From: Nitrosopumilaceae archaeon
Lineage (GTDB): Archaea; Thermoproteota; Nitrososphaeria; Nitrososphaerales; Nitrosopumilaceae
NCBI GenBank assembly: GCA_965207375.1
Contig: OZ242274.1
Location: 1,888,001 to 1,952,000, forward strand
Length of the DNA stretch: 64,000 bases
Reading direction: 5' to 3'
Shown: in pieces, positions 10,394-22,300 of the stretch
Layout: each line of letters starts with the position of its first letter
Position numbering within the stretch: the first letter of the stretch is position 1
The notes under the pieces: model-generated
What the model saw: only the letters and a program-made list of their open reading frames with translations
Database searches by the model: none
Told to the model about the DNA's origin: nothing
Made by a program: the position numbers and the translations under genes

Positions 10394-10990
10394 ATGTCCA
10401 TGTACATGCCAGGTGCAACAGCAGTTGGTATCACCTATGATGGTGGCGTAGTATTTGCTAGTGAAAAAAGAATCGCCTATGGAAATTTCCTAGTTAGTAA
10501 AAATACCAAAAAGACGTTTAAAATCACCCCAAATGTGGGTGCAGCATGTGCGGGTCTAGTTGCAGATATGCAAATTCTGTCGCTACAGATTTCTGCTTTG
10601 GCAAAGATTAGAAAAATGGAGCTAAAAAGAGACGTTGCCCCAAATACAATAGCAAAAATGATGTCAAATATGATGTATGAGAGAAGGTTCTTCCCGTTGC
10701 TAACACAGGTTATCGTAGGAGGTGTCGTTGACAAGCCAGTTATTTACACTCTTGACCCACTAGGTTCGGTTTTGCCTGACGAGTATGCCGCAGTTGGAAC
10801 AGGTGCAGAGATGGCCCTAGGTGTCTTGGATCCTCAGTTCAAAGCAGACATGACAGAAAAAGAGGCAATAGATTTGGCCAAAAAGTCGATAAAGGCAGCA
10901 TCGATGAGGGATTCATTTAGTGGAGATGGTATTGACATTTTAATCATCAATTCAAATGAGGCAAGAGAAATCACAGAGGCTGTAGCCTAG
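10394..10990 (+). CDS. psmB: Proteasome beta subunit (probably the non-catalytic type)
   Basis: Ntn-fold beta signature, DPLGS, RDSFSG; GATAVG in place of GTT. Confidence 0.92.
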   Translation: MSMYMPGATAVGITYDGGVVFASEKRIAYGNFLVSKNTKKTFKITPNVGAACAGLVADMQILSLQISALAKIRKMELKRDVAPNTIAKMMSNMMYERRFFPLLTQVIVGGVVDKPVIYTLDPLGSVLPDEYAAVGTGAEMALGVLDPQFKADMTEKEAIDLAKKSIKAASMRDSFSGDGIDILIINSNEAREITEAVA

Positions 10991-11463
10991 TCCCTAATAG
11001 TTTTTCCTGCTTCCCAGAATTTATCAGAGATGTAATGTATGTTTTTTATAACCTCGCCCTTGTCTGTTGCATCCATCTGCGCACTTGACATCATTGCCTT
11101 GCCGACTGCTAAAAACTTGTGTTGCGATTCTTCTATAACACACACTATTTGATTCTCGTCAAATTCGGTATGTGTGAGGATTCCTGGCCTCATTACATTT
11201 GCACCATTACACATGAATTTGACTGCACCCATGTCAACTGTTACCGTTGGAAACTTTTCCAACAATGACACCTGTGATAAAAACGGTATGTATTCGCAAT
11301 CTATGTGCAAAAATTTCAGGTCCCCCCCTGTAATAATTTCCTCATCAGAGTCTATCTTGTATACTCGGAGATTTTTGACCCTTGGAATTTGCATTTTCCA
11401 CCTTTGTCCAATCTCTCTGAGGATTGCAACAGTCTGGCTTTTTGATATTAGATTGGATTTCAA
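10987..11463 (-). CDS. PUA-domain RNA-binding protein
   Basis: VDMGAVKFMCNGANVMRPGI. Confidence 0.9.
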   Translation of the reverse strand: MKSNLISKSQTVAILREIGQRWKMQIPRVKNLRVYKIDSDEEIITGGDLKFLHIDCEYIPFLSQVSLLEKFPTVTVDMGAVKFMCNGANVMRPGILTHTEFDENQIVCVIEESQHKFLAVGKAMMSSAQMDATDKGEVIKNIHYISDKFWEAGKTIRD

Positions 11464-12464
11464 GATAGAGTCATTTGTTTTCTTATGTCAAGTAAATCAC
11501 GCAGTATGGCACTTGCAGTTTCAATTCCACCTGCACCTCTTCCAATGATTGTTTGCGTTCCAGAATGCTCCGATGTAAATGCAATTGCGTTTAATGTACC
11601 GTTTACACAAAGTGGATCATCAATTGGTATCTGCTTTGGAGATACAGTTAGCTTGCCATCACATGAAGCAATTAGTTTGATGGCACAATGACTCTTTGCT
11701 GCCTTTTTGATATCATGAGTAGTTACATCTCTGATTCCCGTACAGTCAATATCTGGCAGTGTTACCTTCATGCCCATTATCCAATTTGCCAAGATTACCA
11801 GTTTTGCAGCAGCGTCTAATCCGTCCAAATCCAGAGATTCGTCTGCCTCCACATATCCCAAGTTCTGTGCGTCTTGTAGTGCTGCCTTGAAGGTCATGCC
11901 TTTTTCCATGTTGGTAAGAATATAGTTAGTTGTTCCGTTTAGAATTCCTGCAAAGGATGTTATTCTTTCTCCGTTAAGGCTGTTTTTTGCATAGTTTAGT
12001 ATTGGAGTTCCACCTCCAACTGTGCCGCTAAATCGTAAAAACACCTGATTGTATGTTGCTAGTTCCATCAGTGATGGAAACGCCAAGGCAAGTGGACCCT
12101 TGTTTACAGATATTACATGCATTTTATTTTTCATTGCAGATATGATGTGTGTTATTCCAGGTTCGGCATCAGTATAGTTACTTGCAGTGGTCTCAATTAA
12201 AACGTCAGCATCCAGATTTTTTATCATCTCAACTCCAGATGTTTGTCCGGTTTTTTTGTAGTATGCCACACTTCCTTGCTTTTTGGCATCAACTAGCCGG
12301 TTCAAATCCAATCCGGATTGATCCGTTACGCCTCCCATACTATCAAAAACGCCCACAACCCGAGGCTTTAATCCATATTTTGAGTACAGGTCATCTGCCC
12401 TTGATTCAAACAGCTTTATCAAGCTCTGACCCACCACTCCAAAGCCTGCCAAAATAATCCTCAT
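11460..12464 (-). CDS. hom: Homoserine dehydrogenase
   Basis: GFGVVG, NKGP, GILNGTTNYIL, GRGAGGIETA. Confidence 0.95.
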   Translation of the reverse strand: MRIILAGFGVVGQSLIKLFESRADDLYSKYGLKPRVVGVFDSMGGVTDQSGLDLNRLVDAKKQGSVAYYKKTGQTSGVEMIKNLDADVLIETTASNYTDAEPGITHIISAMKNKMHVISVNKGPLALAFPSLMELATYNQVFLRFSGTVGGGTPILNYAKNSLNGERITSFAGILNGTTNYILTNMEKGMTFKAALQDAQNLGYVEADESLDLDGLDAAAKLVILANWIMGMKVTLPDIDCTGIRDVTTHDIKKAAKSHCAIKLIASCDGKLTVSPKQIPIDDPLCVNGTLNAIAFTSEHSGTQTIIGRGAGGIETASAILRDLLDIRKQMTLS

Positions 12465-12813
12465 ATTTGTTTCATCTCGATATAACCTTTGAGTAGGCCA
12501 TTAATTTGTTTTATCGATGATTCTTTTGAAGGAAGCGATAAAGGTCAATTGCAACGATGAATTCCTTCTTTGATATGCTATACTTGTTTTCTTGAGAAAC
12601 ATGACCTCTCTTGTTATACATGATTGAAAAACTCTTGCGCAGACTCGTATCCCTATGAGTGTAGATTTGACCACCTAGCAGATGGTATTTGCTGCTTTTT
12701 TGTTTTACCGCGTTTGCACATACATCCACAGAAGCAACATTAGATAGTATTTATCATCCCCATTGATCCGTTTGCATTTTGATGTAAATTTTTGCTACAT
12801 TTAGTTTAGTGAT

Positions 12814-13200
12814 CTATGCATTTTGCTTTTTCAAATCTAGCGATGCAGAATTGATACAATATCTCAAACTAGTCGGATGCGGCCCATCATCAAATACATG
12901 TCCCAAATGTGCACCACATTTTTTGCACATTACCTCTGTGCGAATCATTCCGTAACTTGTGTCTGCTATACATTTTATTTTATCGCCTACAGGTTCCCAA
13001 AAACTCGGCCAACCTGTACCTGAATCAAATTTTGCATCTGACCGAAATAGTTCCTGGCCACAACACACACAACTATAGATTCCCTGCTCTTTACAATCAT
13101 GATATTTGCCAGAAAATGGTGGTTCTGTTGACTTGTTTACACATACATCATACTGCTGCGGGTCTAATTTTTTCTTCAATTGTGCAGTGTCAATATCCAT
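12814..13200 (-). CDS. msrB: Peptide-methionine (R)-S-oxide reductase
   Basis: [27 protein letters not shown]. Confidence 0.97.
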   Translation of the reverse strand: MDIDTAQLKKKLDPQQYDVCVNKSTEPPFSGKYHDCKEQGIYSCVCCGQELFRSDAKFDSGTGWPSFWEPVGDKIKCIADTSYGMIRTEVMCKKCGAHLGHVFDDGPHPTSLRYCINSASLDLKKQNA

Positions 13201-13235
13201 GATTCATCAATGCTTCAATCAGTATTAGAATATTT

Positions 13236-14852
13236 TTATTTGAACTCTTTGCGCTTGGCCTCGGTTCTTTTTTCTGATTCAAATCGTTCCAAATCATATT
13301 CCTTCAGGTCTGCAAACATTATAATTTTAGACAGAGTCGGATGAACCCTGCTAATTTGTAGGAACATGTCTTGTGCTACTCGTCTATAATCTGCATGGCC
13401 CTGCGGTACTGTTCGCAGCTCGATTAGATGTGCTGCCTCTCTTAGATTCATGTGCATAAAATACGAATAATTATATGCAAAATTGACCACATACTGTGCT
13501 TGTTCAGGATATTGTCTTTTGATTTTTTCAAACACGTGTTTTGAATTATTCATACAGTCTTTGAATTCTTTATCAGCACCTATAATTTCTAATTCCCTAG
13601 GTACTGCAAATCCAAGATCTGTTGATAACAGTTGTCGCTGCAAAGTCAGGACACGATGTCTGTGAAGGTCTCTAAACATTCCAAAGTTGTTTATTAAATC
13701 AAAGGTATACTCTACTAGTTCAAATGCGCGCGATGGTCGGTGTCTTCGATTTTTTCTCAAATTCGCAAGGCTTTGAATTATTTTGTTCTTTTCGGTGTGT
13801 GGTATTTTTTTTACCCGTGATAGAATCTTATAATACGGAACGCTTTGTGCCTGTTCATATAAAACGGCTGAGATCAGTTTGTTGATTGCATTTTTTTCAG
13901 GCTCAAAATTGACTAGTTTTGTCAGCGTGTCACTGTTAGTGTGTGGTGTAAGGTATTTTTTTGATAAAGCCTTTGATGTTTTTTTTATCTTTTGGAGGTA
14001 TTTTTGCAGCTCTTTTCCATGTATATCATCGGATCTTCGAACAAATGACTTTATTGTGGTTTCTAGTTCTTTTTTGATTTGCAGTGCAAGATTTTGTTCT
14101 TCTGGTAGGTTTGAGCTGAACAAAACAGTAAGCAGATATTCAAAAGACCTTCCGTTACCAGTTATTCCAACATTGGTCAGCGTGGAGGCAGGAAGTAGTC
14201 CACGAAGAATGTCAAGTGCCTTGGCCTTAGTTGAGCCCCGATATATCATACTGGCAGATTTGATGTCAGAGTCTAGTTTTAGATTTGAAAACAATTTTTC
14301 TTTTTGATCCGTCGAATCTTTGAATCGATACTTTTCAATTGGGTATTTTTCTCGCACATATTTTATCAGAGGATTGATATTTTTAGAATAAACTTCAAAA
14401 TCCAAATTGCATGCATCTAGATACGCATCAGAAAATTTTGATTGTAATAAAACGGGATCGCGATAAAACTTGTATCTGCCGTTTATTTTTTTGTCCCACG
14501 ATACATATCTAGATGATTTTTCCAAATACGATAGGCCGATTCTTCTATCCTCGATTTTTTTTACTGCAATGTTTGTCAGACCTTCGATTGCAATTTGTGC
14601 CTCTCCAAGTTCTGCAACCGAATCATCTCCATATTCTATCAAAACTCTGTTGTAAAATTGTTCTCCCCGATCCTTGTTTTGTAAGAATTCATCTAGGAAA
14701 ATTTTTCTCATGCTTTTATCGGTTCTACTGTATCTTGACATAAGAGCCCCACGATCTACCTGTTGTGGCGTAATTATTGCAAACACTGACCTGTCAGTAT
14801 TTGAAAAATGCTTGGCAAGTATCTTTTTTTCTTTACTTGAAAACTCTGACAA
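13236..14852 (-). CDS. thyX: FAD-dependent thymidylate synthase (long, duplicated form)
   Basis: EKSSRY, RDLHRHR, MNLRE motifs. Confidence 0.9.
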   Translation of the reverse strand: MSEFSSKEKKILAKHFSNTDRSVFAIITPQQVDRGALMSRYSRTDKSMRKIFLDEFLQNKDRGEQFYNRVLIEYGDDSVAELGEAQIAIEGLTNIAVKKIEDRRIGLSYLEKSSRYVSWDKKINGRYKFYRDPVLLQSKFSDAYLDACNLDFEVYSKNINPLIKYVREKYPIEKYRFKDSTDQKEKLFSNLKLDSDIKSASMIYRGSTKAKALDILRGLLPASTLTNVGITGNGRSFEYLLTVLFSSNLPEEQNLALQIKKELETTIKSFVRRSDDIHGKELQKYLQKIKKTSKALSKKYLTPHTNSDTLTKLVNFEPEKNAINKLISAVLYEQAQSVPYYKILSRVKKIPHTEKNKIIQSLANLRKNRRHRPSRAFELVEYTFDLINNFGMFRDLHRHRVLTLQRQLLSTDLGFAVPRELEIIGADKEFKDCMNNSKHVFEKIKRQYPEQAQYVVNFAYNYSYFMHMNLREAAHLIELRTVPQGHADYRRVAQDMFLQISRVHPTLSKIIMFADLKEYDLERFESEKRTEAKRKEFK

Positions 14853-14880
14853 TATTTTGAGATAGTTTGTGATTAATTAT

Positions 14881-15165
14881 CTATTTCTTTTTGCCAATCT
14901 GAATTAGATCGGGTGATTTTGATTTTTCCATTCCCTTGGCTTGCCATTTCATTAGGACATCTTTGAAGGTCTCAGCATAAGCTTGATCCTCAGTATACAT
15001 CAGGGTCGTAACCCAATATCCTTTTCCGGCCTTTCCCCCAATAGAGTTCATCCAGAAACTCTCAGGCAACCCTTGCATTGCTTTGTTGTTTGGGTCATTT
15101 GGAATCGTGATCCAGTGATTTGATACGAATTGTAGTATTTTCTCCATTTCTGATTTTTCAATCAT
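14881..15165 (-). CDS. Hypothetical protein
   Basis: 94-aa ORF directly upstream of thyX. Confidence 0.7.
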   Translation of the reverse strand: MIEKSEMEKILQFVSNHWITIPNDPNNKAMQGLPESFWMNSIGGKAGKGYWVTTLMYTEDQAYAETFKDVLMKWQAKGMEKSKSPDLIQIGKKK

Positions 15166-15398
15166 GATATTTGCATTGTGTTTTATGATTTTAAAATTAT
15201 GCTTTTTAAGATAGATTGTTTAAACTATGAAAAGCATAGATTTTTGTTCCTGTTTTTTGGTTTTTTAATATTCATGAGGGTCATAATAGTCCTAAAATCG
15301 GCCATAGACTAACTTTTACGTTTGGTTAATTTATTCTAACTAAATCTTGAAAGCTTTCTCACACTTTATCGGTTATATACAAAACAAAAGTATATCAC

Positions 15399-16235
15399 AT
15401 GACCAACGAGGAGATCGAGCTTATATCTAAGCCGGTCAAAGACATGTACGGCACTTCTATGGGAACCATCCTAGGTACCATTACAGATATTGATGGCAGC
15501 ATACAGACAGTTGGAGTAGATTGCGGTTCTGCAGGATTGCGACAGATTCCATACGAGCAGTTAGTTGTCCAAGGCGATGTAGTGATATTCATTCCTAAAT
15601 GGAGATTGGATTCTCAAAGATTAATTCGTGAAAAAGGATTGGCTTTACGTCGTCTTAAAGCTTTGATGGATATAGTTTCTGAAAACGACGAAATGAAAGA
15701 TGACGCAGAAATAATTCATGAAAAATACAAGGCAAAACTCATTTCCCTTGATGAGTCTGAACAACAAATCAGAGCTAAATTAGATGCACGTCTAGCAGAA
15801 TTAGATGTACAAATGAAGGCAGCAAAGACTGTTGTCTTTGATGCCAAGGTCCAGTACAAGAGCAATGAGATGATTGAATCAACATTTGAGCTTGTAAAAA
15901 AGCAGGCCAGTGTTTTAGTCGAACACATCACTCATGAAACCACCGAAATTGCAAATGTCCAAAGACGCATTGCAGACTTGGACATGGAAATTAAGGAAAC
16001 ATCTGAACCCCCATCACAGCACATAGAAGACTCAGCCGTTACTTATCTGGCAAATGACATTCCAGATATTCAAACAAAACTACCTGAGGCCCCAACTACT
16101 CAGCCAACAGCAGAACCACGTAGCGTGGCAAGTCCAGAAAACATTCAAGAACCACCCCAACAGGTGACAACAAAAACACCAGAGGCTGCTACCAGTGAAG
16201 AATCTGACTGGCTGTCTAGAATGGAAGCCCAATAG
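15399..16235 (+). CDS. cdvA: Cell division protein CdvA
   Basis: N-terminal PRC barrel (KPVKDMYG...IPKWR), coiled coil, disordered tail; T-rich terminator follows. Confidence 0.88.
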   Translation: MTNEEIELISKPVKDMYGTSMGTILGTITDIDGSIQTVGVDCGSAGLRQIPYEQLVVQGDVVIFIPKWRLDSQRLIREKGLALRRLKALMDIVSENDEMKDDAEIIHEKYKAKLISLDESEQQIRAKLDARLAELDVQMKAAKTVVFDAKVQYKSNEMIESTFELVKKQASVLVEHITHETTEIANVQRRIADLDMEIKETSEPPSQHIEDSAVTYLANDIPDIQTKLPEAPTTQPTAEPRSVASPENIQEPPQQVTTKTPEAATSEESDWLSRMEAQ

Positions 16236-16372
16236 GTTTTTTTTATTTTATTATTTTATGTTATCTTAATTTTGACAAGTTACAAATTGTCTTATCTTGT
16301 TTAATGGGAATATCTTGAATCTATCTTTTTCACATGCGTTAGAATGCAATACAGCATCAAATCATAATTTCC

Positions 16373-16473
16373 GTAACTGATCTGTCTGTGTAAGCTTCAT
16401 GCCTGTATTGTGCATGAAATCAATTATTTTTGTTGTTATTTCGTGTTTGAACTTCCAGAGACCGAACAGTTAC
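16373..16473. mobile_element. 101-bp MITE with IS66-type ends
   Basis: GTAACTG...CAGTTAC termini (18/22 inverted match); 8-bp TSD TAATTTCC at 16365-16372 and 16474-16481. Confidence 0.85.
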
Positions 16474-18086
16474 TAATTTCCGTAAAACCAATCAAAAGAA
16501 GAGTGACGAAACTGACTATGTATCGTTGTAATGTTACATTTGTGCGCAAATGCTGATATTTGCTGCTTGGTTTGCATTTTACCATAATTAGACAGGTACA
16601 TGTGCATAGATGATCACTTATTTTGAATCTAGTCGTTAGGAAGGATTGTAAGATATTTGCAGTTATGAATGCTACAGTACTGTCAAATTTTATCTTACTG
16701 TAAGTGTGGCAGATGTGACAGCAGATGGATCACTTTGTCCGATACTGTTTACTGCAAATACTCTAAATTCATGGGGCAATCCCGGTGTAAGGTTTTGTAT
16801 AATTGCAGGTACTGATGTTACTGTGGGTCCATCAATCCAAATAGGAGAGGTTGCGATTTTGTATTGTGTTTTGTATGCAGTAATTTTAGAGCCACTATCA
16901 CTTGCTGGTGCATTCCAGTATAATCTGACCTCGGTTGCGTCATCTGTCAGCCAAAAGGAAGGATACGTTGGTGCGCCGGGTACAGTTGTGACTTGCTGTG
17001 CTGTAGGTGTTGCCGTATCAACATGGGAGGGGTCACTGTCACCTACAGAGTTTGTTGCAAGCACTCGGAAGCTGTACTGTACACCGTTTGTAAGGCCTGT
17101 TACAGTTGTAGTGGTTTCAGTTACTGTAAAAGTAGTCCAAGTGGTACCATCAGTACTTTGCTGTACCTTGTAGCCTGTTGCTGAACCACCAGTGCTTGGA
17201 GCAGTCCATGATAATGTAACAATACCATTACCTGCTACTGCTGAAAGGTTTGTTGGTGCACCAGGTGCTGGTGTAGCCTGTCTTGGTACTAGAATTATAG
17301 ATGTGATCTGAGACGCGTCACTTCTTCCTATGTCATTTTTTGCAAATACTCTAAACTCATAATGCTGATTCGGTGTAAGACCTGATACAGTTGCAGGTAT
17401 TGCTAGTCCAGTTGGACCATCTATCCAAGTAGGAGAGGATACGATTTTGTATTGTGGTTTATAGTTTGTAATTGCAGAGCCGCCGTCACTTGCAGGTACA
17501 TCCCAGAATATTCTTACTTCAGTTGCGTCATCTGTTAGCCAGAATGAAGGATACATTGGTGCATCTGGTACAGTCGCTGGTGTGGCAGATACAGTTGCAG
17601 ATGCAACACCGGTCAATTCGCCGTTTGTGGCATTAACTCTGAAATGATATTGTACGCCGTTTGTAAGACCTGTCACAGTCTGTGTCAATCCTGTTGTAGT
17701 GACAGGAGTCGAATTAACCCAAACAGCACCATCTATGCTTTGTTGTATATTATATCTGATGATAGTCGAGCTTCCGGTATTTGTGGGTGCAGTCCAAGAT
17801 AGTGTGATTTGAGTATTGCTCACAGTAGCTGAAAGATTGGTTGGTGCGCTAGGTGCTGTTGGTTGTTGTGTATGTGCAGTCGGGATTACAGTAACAACAT
17901 TGGATGCAGATCCTGTTCCGATATTATTTGTTGCACTTACTCGGAACTGATACTGTACACCATTTGTAAGACCCGTTACAGTAGTAGATGTAGTAGAGGA
18001 TGTTCCGTCATTGAAGGTACTCCATAAAGTACCAGCGTTTGCACTGTATTGTATAACATAATCGGTAATTACAGTTCCTCCATTAT

Positions 18087-19386
18087 CAGTTAACCCACCA
18101 GCAACGCAGAATCTGCTGTAATATCCGGCGGAGGCTTTGGATTGATCTGATATTCGTATATCATTGCAATTTTAAACTCAAGTGTAACAAATGAAATTCC
18201 ATACCATTTAGAGTCATTCAATCCAAAACCAGATTCTGCATTAATTACCACCCATTGATTATACAGTATGATTGATGCTGTAAAACACAGCAATCTTGCA
18301 CCAGGACGAGTACTGCGGGTTTTTACTCGAAGATCCTCAATCATGCGATACCCTGTTTCAATGCCCCATCTTTTCATGTATGCTGCAACGTCTAGTTCGT
18401 TTGAGTTAGCCGCAAATCCAATATATTTTTCACTTGGTTTTTCTGGCTTGCAATCCTGACACGACTTGCCGTGTTTACATTTGCGGGCAGTGCGCTTTAC
18501 TATCATCATGATATATTTTACAGCCTTGTTATGATTCTCAAGTATGCATTCAGATTTTCCATCACGAACCTTTGCGTCAAACTCGTCAAGTGCTGTTACC
18601 ACATTGTGCGTGTTTTTACATGGAGTCATGTAGGTCTGCTTTGCCTTATCCATTGCATCTAGTGTCTCAACTGCAAAAAACTCCCTGTCCATCAAAACAC
18701 ATTTGATCGGAATGCCAAAACTTTGGCATTTATACACGATTTTACGCACAAAATCAGCAGTTGACTCGCCTGCACCGATTGGATATGCAGCTAGAGTCAT
18801 TCTAAGTCCTGGGTCAACGCACTGTGCTGTGATGTACCCTTCAAACTTCCATGTACCTTTTTTGCTTTTGGAACGTAACAGTTCAGGACCTGGGTTTTTA
18901 TCATATCTTGGTATGAGGTGTTTGTCAAATGCCATTATAATTGGAGTGTTGTCATTCTTGAGTTTTTTGAGCTGATTTAGTTGATATTCTATTATCTCAT
19001 CAAATGCATTTTGTACAGTTTCTGGGTCTGCACGTGCAAATGCCTTTCTTACCCATTCATCCCCTCCAGATGTACCTGTTGCTTTTCTCTTGCCTTCTGC
19101 ATATCCTCCTGCTGATGCAGTCAAAGCTGCGGCTCCAGTCATTATCTTTGTCATATCTGATGCATCGTGCTCTTTGTTGTCGTGGTCTGATATGATGCCG
19201 CACAATTCTATGAATTTCTTCAAAGGTGCGGCGATATTTTGATATGTGAGTGGATTATCCATTATATTGTCAGCCTCTTTTGGTTTTGTTTCATATCAAA
19301 TCTTCAGAGGCGGGCCTTATTGATCTGTTTCGGTTTATTTTTTTTTGACGAATATCGTTACTTGTTATCTACTGGTGGGTTAACTG
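18087..19386 (-). mobile_element. ISH3-family insertion sequence (1300 bp)
   Basis: 15-bp perfect TIR CAGTTAACCCACCAG; 5-bp TSD ATTAT. Confidence 0.92.
18090..19262 (-). CDS. ISH3-family DDE transposase
   Basis: AFDKH, LMDREF, YMKRWGIETGYR. Confidence 0.9.
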   Translation of the reverse strand: MDNPLTYQNIAAPLKKFIELCGIISDHDNKEHDASDMTKIMTGAAALTASAGGYAEGKRKATGTSGGDEWVRKAFARADPETVQNAFDEIIEYQLNQLKKLKNDNTPIIMAFDKHLIPRYDKNPGPELLRSKSKKGTWKFEGYITAQCVDPGLRMTLAAYPIGAGESTADFVRKIVYKCQSFGIPIKCVLMDREFFAVETLDAMDKAKQTYMTPCKNTHNVVTALDEFDAKVRDGKSECILENHNKAVKYIMMIVKRTARKCKHGKSCQDCKPEKPSEKYIGFAANSNELDVAAYMKRWGIETGYRMIEDLRVKTRSTRPGARLLCFTASIILYNQWVVINAESGFGLNDSKWYGISFVTLEFKIAMIYEYQINPKPPPDITADSALLVG

Positions 19387-22300
19387 ATTATCGGGGGCAC
19401 TCCATGATAGTGTAACAATACCGTTACCAGCTGTTGCAGTCAGACTAGTTGGTGCGCCAGGCGCAGTTACAGTCGGCTGTACAACAGAAGAACCCGTTAC
19501 CGTCAGGGATACCGTATTTGATGCAGTGTTACTGTTACCTGCTGTATCCTGTACAGAGCCTGCAGGTATGGTTACAGTAAGCCTTCCATTGACAGGATTT
19601 TGTACCTCAAAAGAGTGCATGTCACGCTCTACATATATTTGAAAACTGGTAAGACTAGTTACATAGACGCCGCCCATAGAATCTAGTGCAATAGATGTGG
19701 GCCATCTCAACGTATTGTCACCTGAACCTTGACCATTAAACTGACCTTGATATTTTCCTGCACTATCAAATATCTGAACGCGGTTGTTTTTCTGATCTGC
19801 TACATAGATGTGGTCAGTACCGTTTATTGCTATTCCCATTGGATCATTGAACTGACCATCACCGGAACCGGCCGTACCAAACGAGCCAACAAGATGACCC
19901 ATAGAATTGAAGATCTGAACCCTTTCATTAACAAAGTCAGTTACAAAGACGTGACCTGTAGAGTTTATTGCAATGTCTCGTGCACCATCTAACCTGCCAT
20001 CACCAGTACTATTATCATCAATTTGATCCAAGTATTTTCCAGAAGAGTCAAGTATCTTGATACGACTGTTAAAAGTGTCTGCCACAAAGATGTGATCAGT
20101 ACCGTTTATTGTAATACCAAGTGGTTCATCAAACTGGTCGTCGCCTGGACCTTTGGTGCCAAGTTTAGTCAGATAATTGCCAGCCGGATCAATTACATGA
20201 ATACCATGACTGCGTTTATCTGTTACAAAGATGTGTCCTGTAGAGTTCATTGCCATTCTTTGCGGACTATCAAATGGGGGTATGTCAAAATTGGCTGCGT
20301 GACGTATCTCACCGTCTATAATCTCAAGTATCTGAATGCGGTTGTTAGAATCTTCTAGTACAAAGATGTGGCCTGTGGCATTTACTGTAATTCCATGTGG
20401 GCTGTTTAACTGTCCTTCATTACCGCCTAGTTCACCAAAAAAGCCAGAAAAGGAATCAATCAAATTAGTTACAGTTCCAGAAGATACTGTAACATCAGAT
20501 GCTTCAAAGCCAGTTATATTTTCGTTAAATTGTATAGTAAATAGTATAGATGAAAGGGATGTAGGATCAGGAGATATGGTAGATAATACCACAGATGGAG
20601 GCACGGTATCAACGGTACTAGATATTATAAAATCAATAGGAGTAGAGAAAAGACCTGTTCCGATACTATTTGTTGCAGACACTCTGAACTGATACGGTAC
20701 ACCGTTTGTTAGACCTGTTACAATTGTAGAGGTTTGATTAACTGTACCGTCATTAAAGGTAGTCCAAGATGTTGCCGTATTTAGTTTGTATTGTATGGTA
20801 TAGTCAGTGATTGGAGACCTGTTTGAATCGGGTGCAGTCCAGCTTAACAAGACCTGTGTGTTACCAGCTGTTGCAGTAAGGCCTGTTGGTATTCCCGGTG
20901 CTGCGGGTTCAGCATTAGGAGTAGTAGTGACAATGTCAGATACAGGGCCTGTTCCTATATTATTTACGGCACTTACTCTAAATTGATAAGTGATTTCATT
21001 TGTGATGCCTGTGACAGTTGTAAATGTGTCAGTAGAGATGCCGTCACTGACAGTAACCCAGAGGCTACCGCTATTACGTTCTATGATATAATCAGTAATT
21101 GTAGTTCCATGAGTTACTGGCACATTCCATGTGAGAGAGACTTGTTCGTTACCTGGTGTTGCAGTTAAACCGGTTGGTGCACTTGGTGTTTCAACTACAG
21201 GTAATATAGTATCAGGAATTATAGAGGCTATAGGAGTTGCAGATACTATACCAGATGAGGTACTAGTTCCCGCATCATTTGTCGCATTGACTCGGAAATC
21301 ATACTGGATATTATTTGTGAGGCCAGTGATTGTAGTGGAGGTAAGATTACCTATAACAGTGGAGGTGCCCGGCCATGATTCTGTTGATGCCTTGTGTTGT
21401 ATTGTATATCCAGTAATTGGAGAGCCACCGTTATTTGGTGCAGTCCAGGACAGTGTAATCTGTGTGTTACTAGGTGTTGCAGATAAACCGGTTGGTGCAG
21501 CAGGAGTTCCAATTACGGTTACGGCTCTAGTTTGTTGTACTGCAGAGTTGCTAGAGGCATCAGTACAGCTGTATGTTACGGTGTAACTTCCCACAATTGC
21601 AGTGTCAACATTTGTAATATCAGATGTAAGAGTTGGGTTTGAATCTTCAGTATCTGTACAGGTGACACCTACAAGTGCGTCTGTAACAGTAAAGGCGTCA
21701 TTTTGGTGTACGATTATGGCGTCAGCAGGTGTCGTAATTACAGGTGGAACAGTATCAGGTACATTAGATGCTACAGGAGTTGTAGACACAATACTAGATA
21801 CAGGACCTGTTCCTGCTAGATTTTCGGCGCTTATTCTGAAATCATACTGTACACCGTTTGTTAAACTCGAGATAGTATGTGATACAACGTTGACCACAGT
21901 AGTGGTAACACCGGGCCAAGAGGCCGTAGATGCCTTGTATTGTATTGTATATTCTGTAATTGCAGATCCTCCGTTATTAGGTGCAGTCCAACTCAGAACT
22001 ATTTGCGCATCACCAGGTGTTGCAGATAGGCCTGTTGGTGCAGCGGGAACTGTTCTAGGTGTAGCGTCAACAGTGCTAGATGCTGCTCCTGTTCCTGCGG
22101 TATTTACAGCACTTACTCTAAATTGGTAAGCCTGTCCGTTTGAGAGTCCTGTTACTGTAACTGTTGTTCCAGTTGATGTGCCATCAGTAAAGGTGTTCCA
22201 TGAAGTGCCTGCGTTTGAGCTGTATTCGATTTTATAATCTGTAATTGTAGATCCCCCATTGTTTGTGGGTGCAAACCAAGACAATGAAACCTGTGCGTTA

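Noticed and set aside
12511-12729. 72-aa ORF between hom and msrB
   Set aside because: No recognisable motif, TIR or TSD; cannot support it as a gene or element
16690-17570. Duplicated FWLTDDATEVR FN3 units as a diversity-generating retroelement TR/VR pair
   Set aside because: Both copies are in-frame domains of one gene, differences do not appear adenine-restricted, and there is no reverse transcriptase in the window
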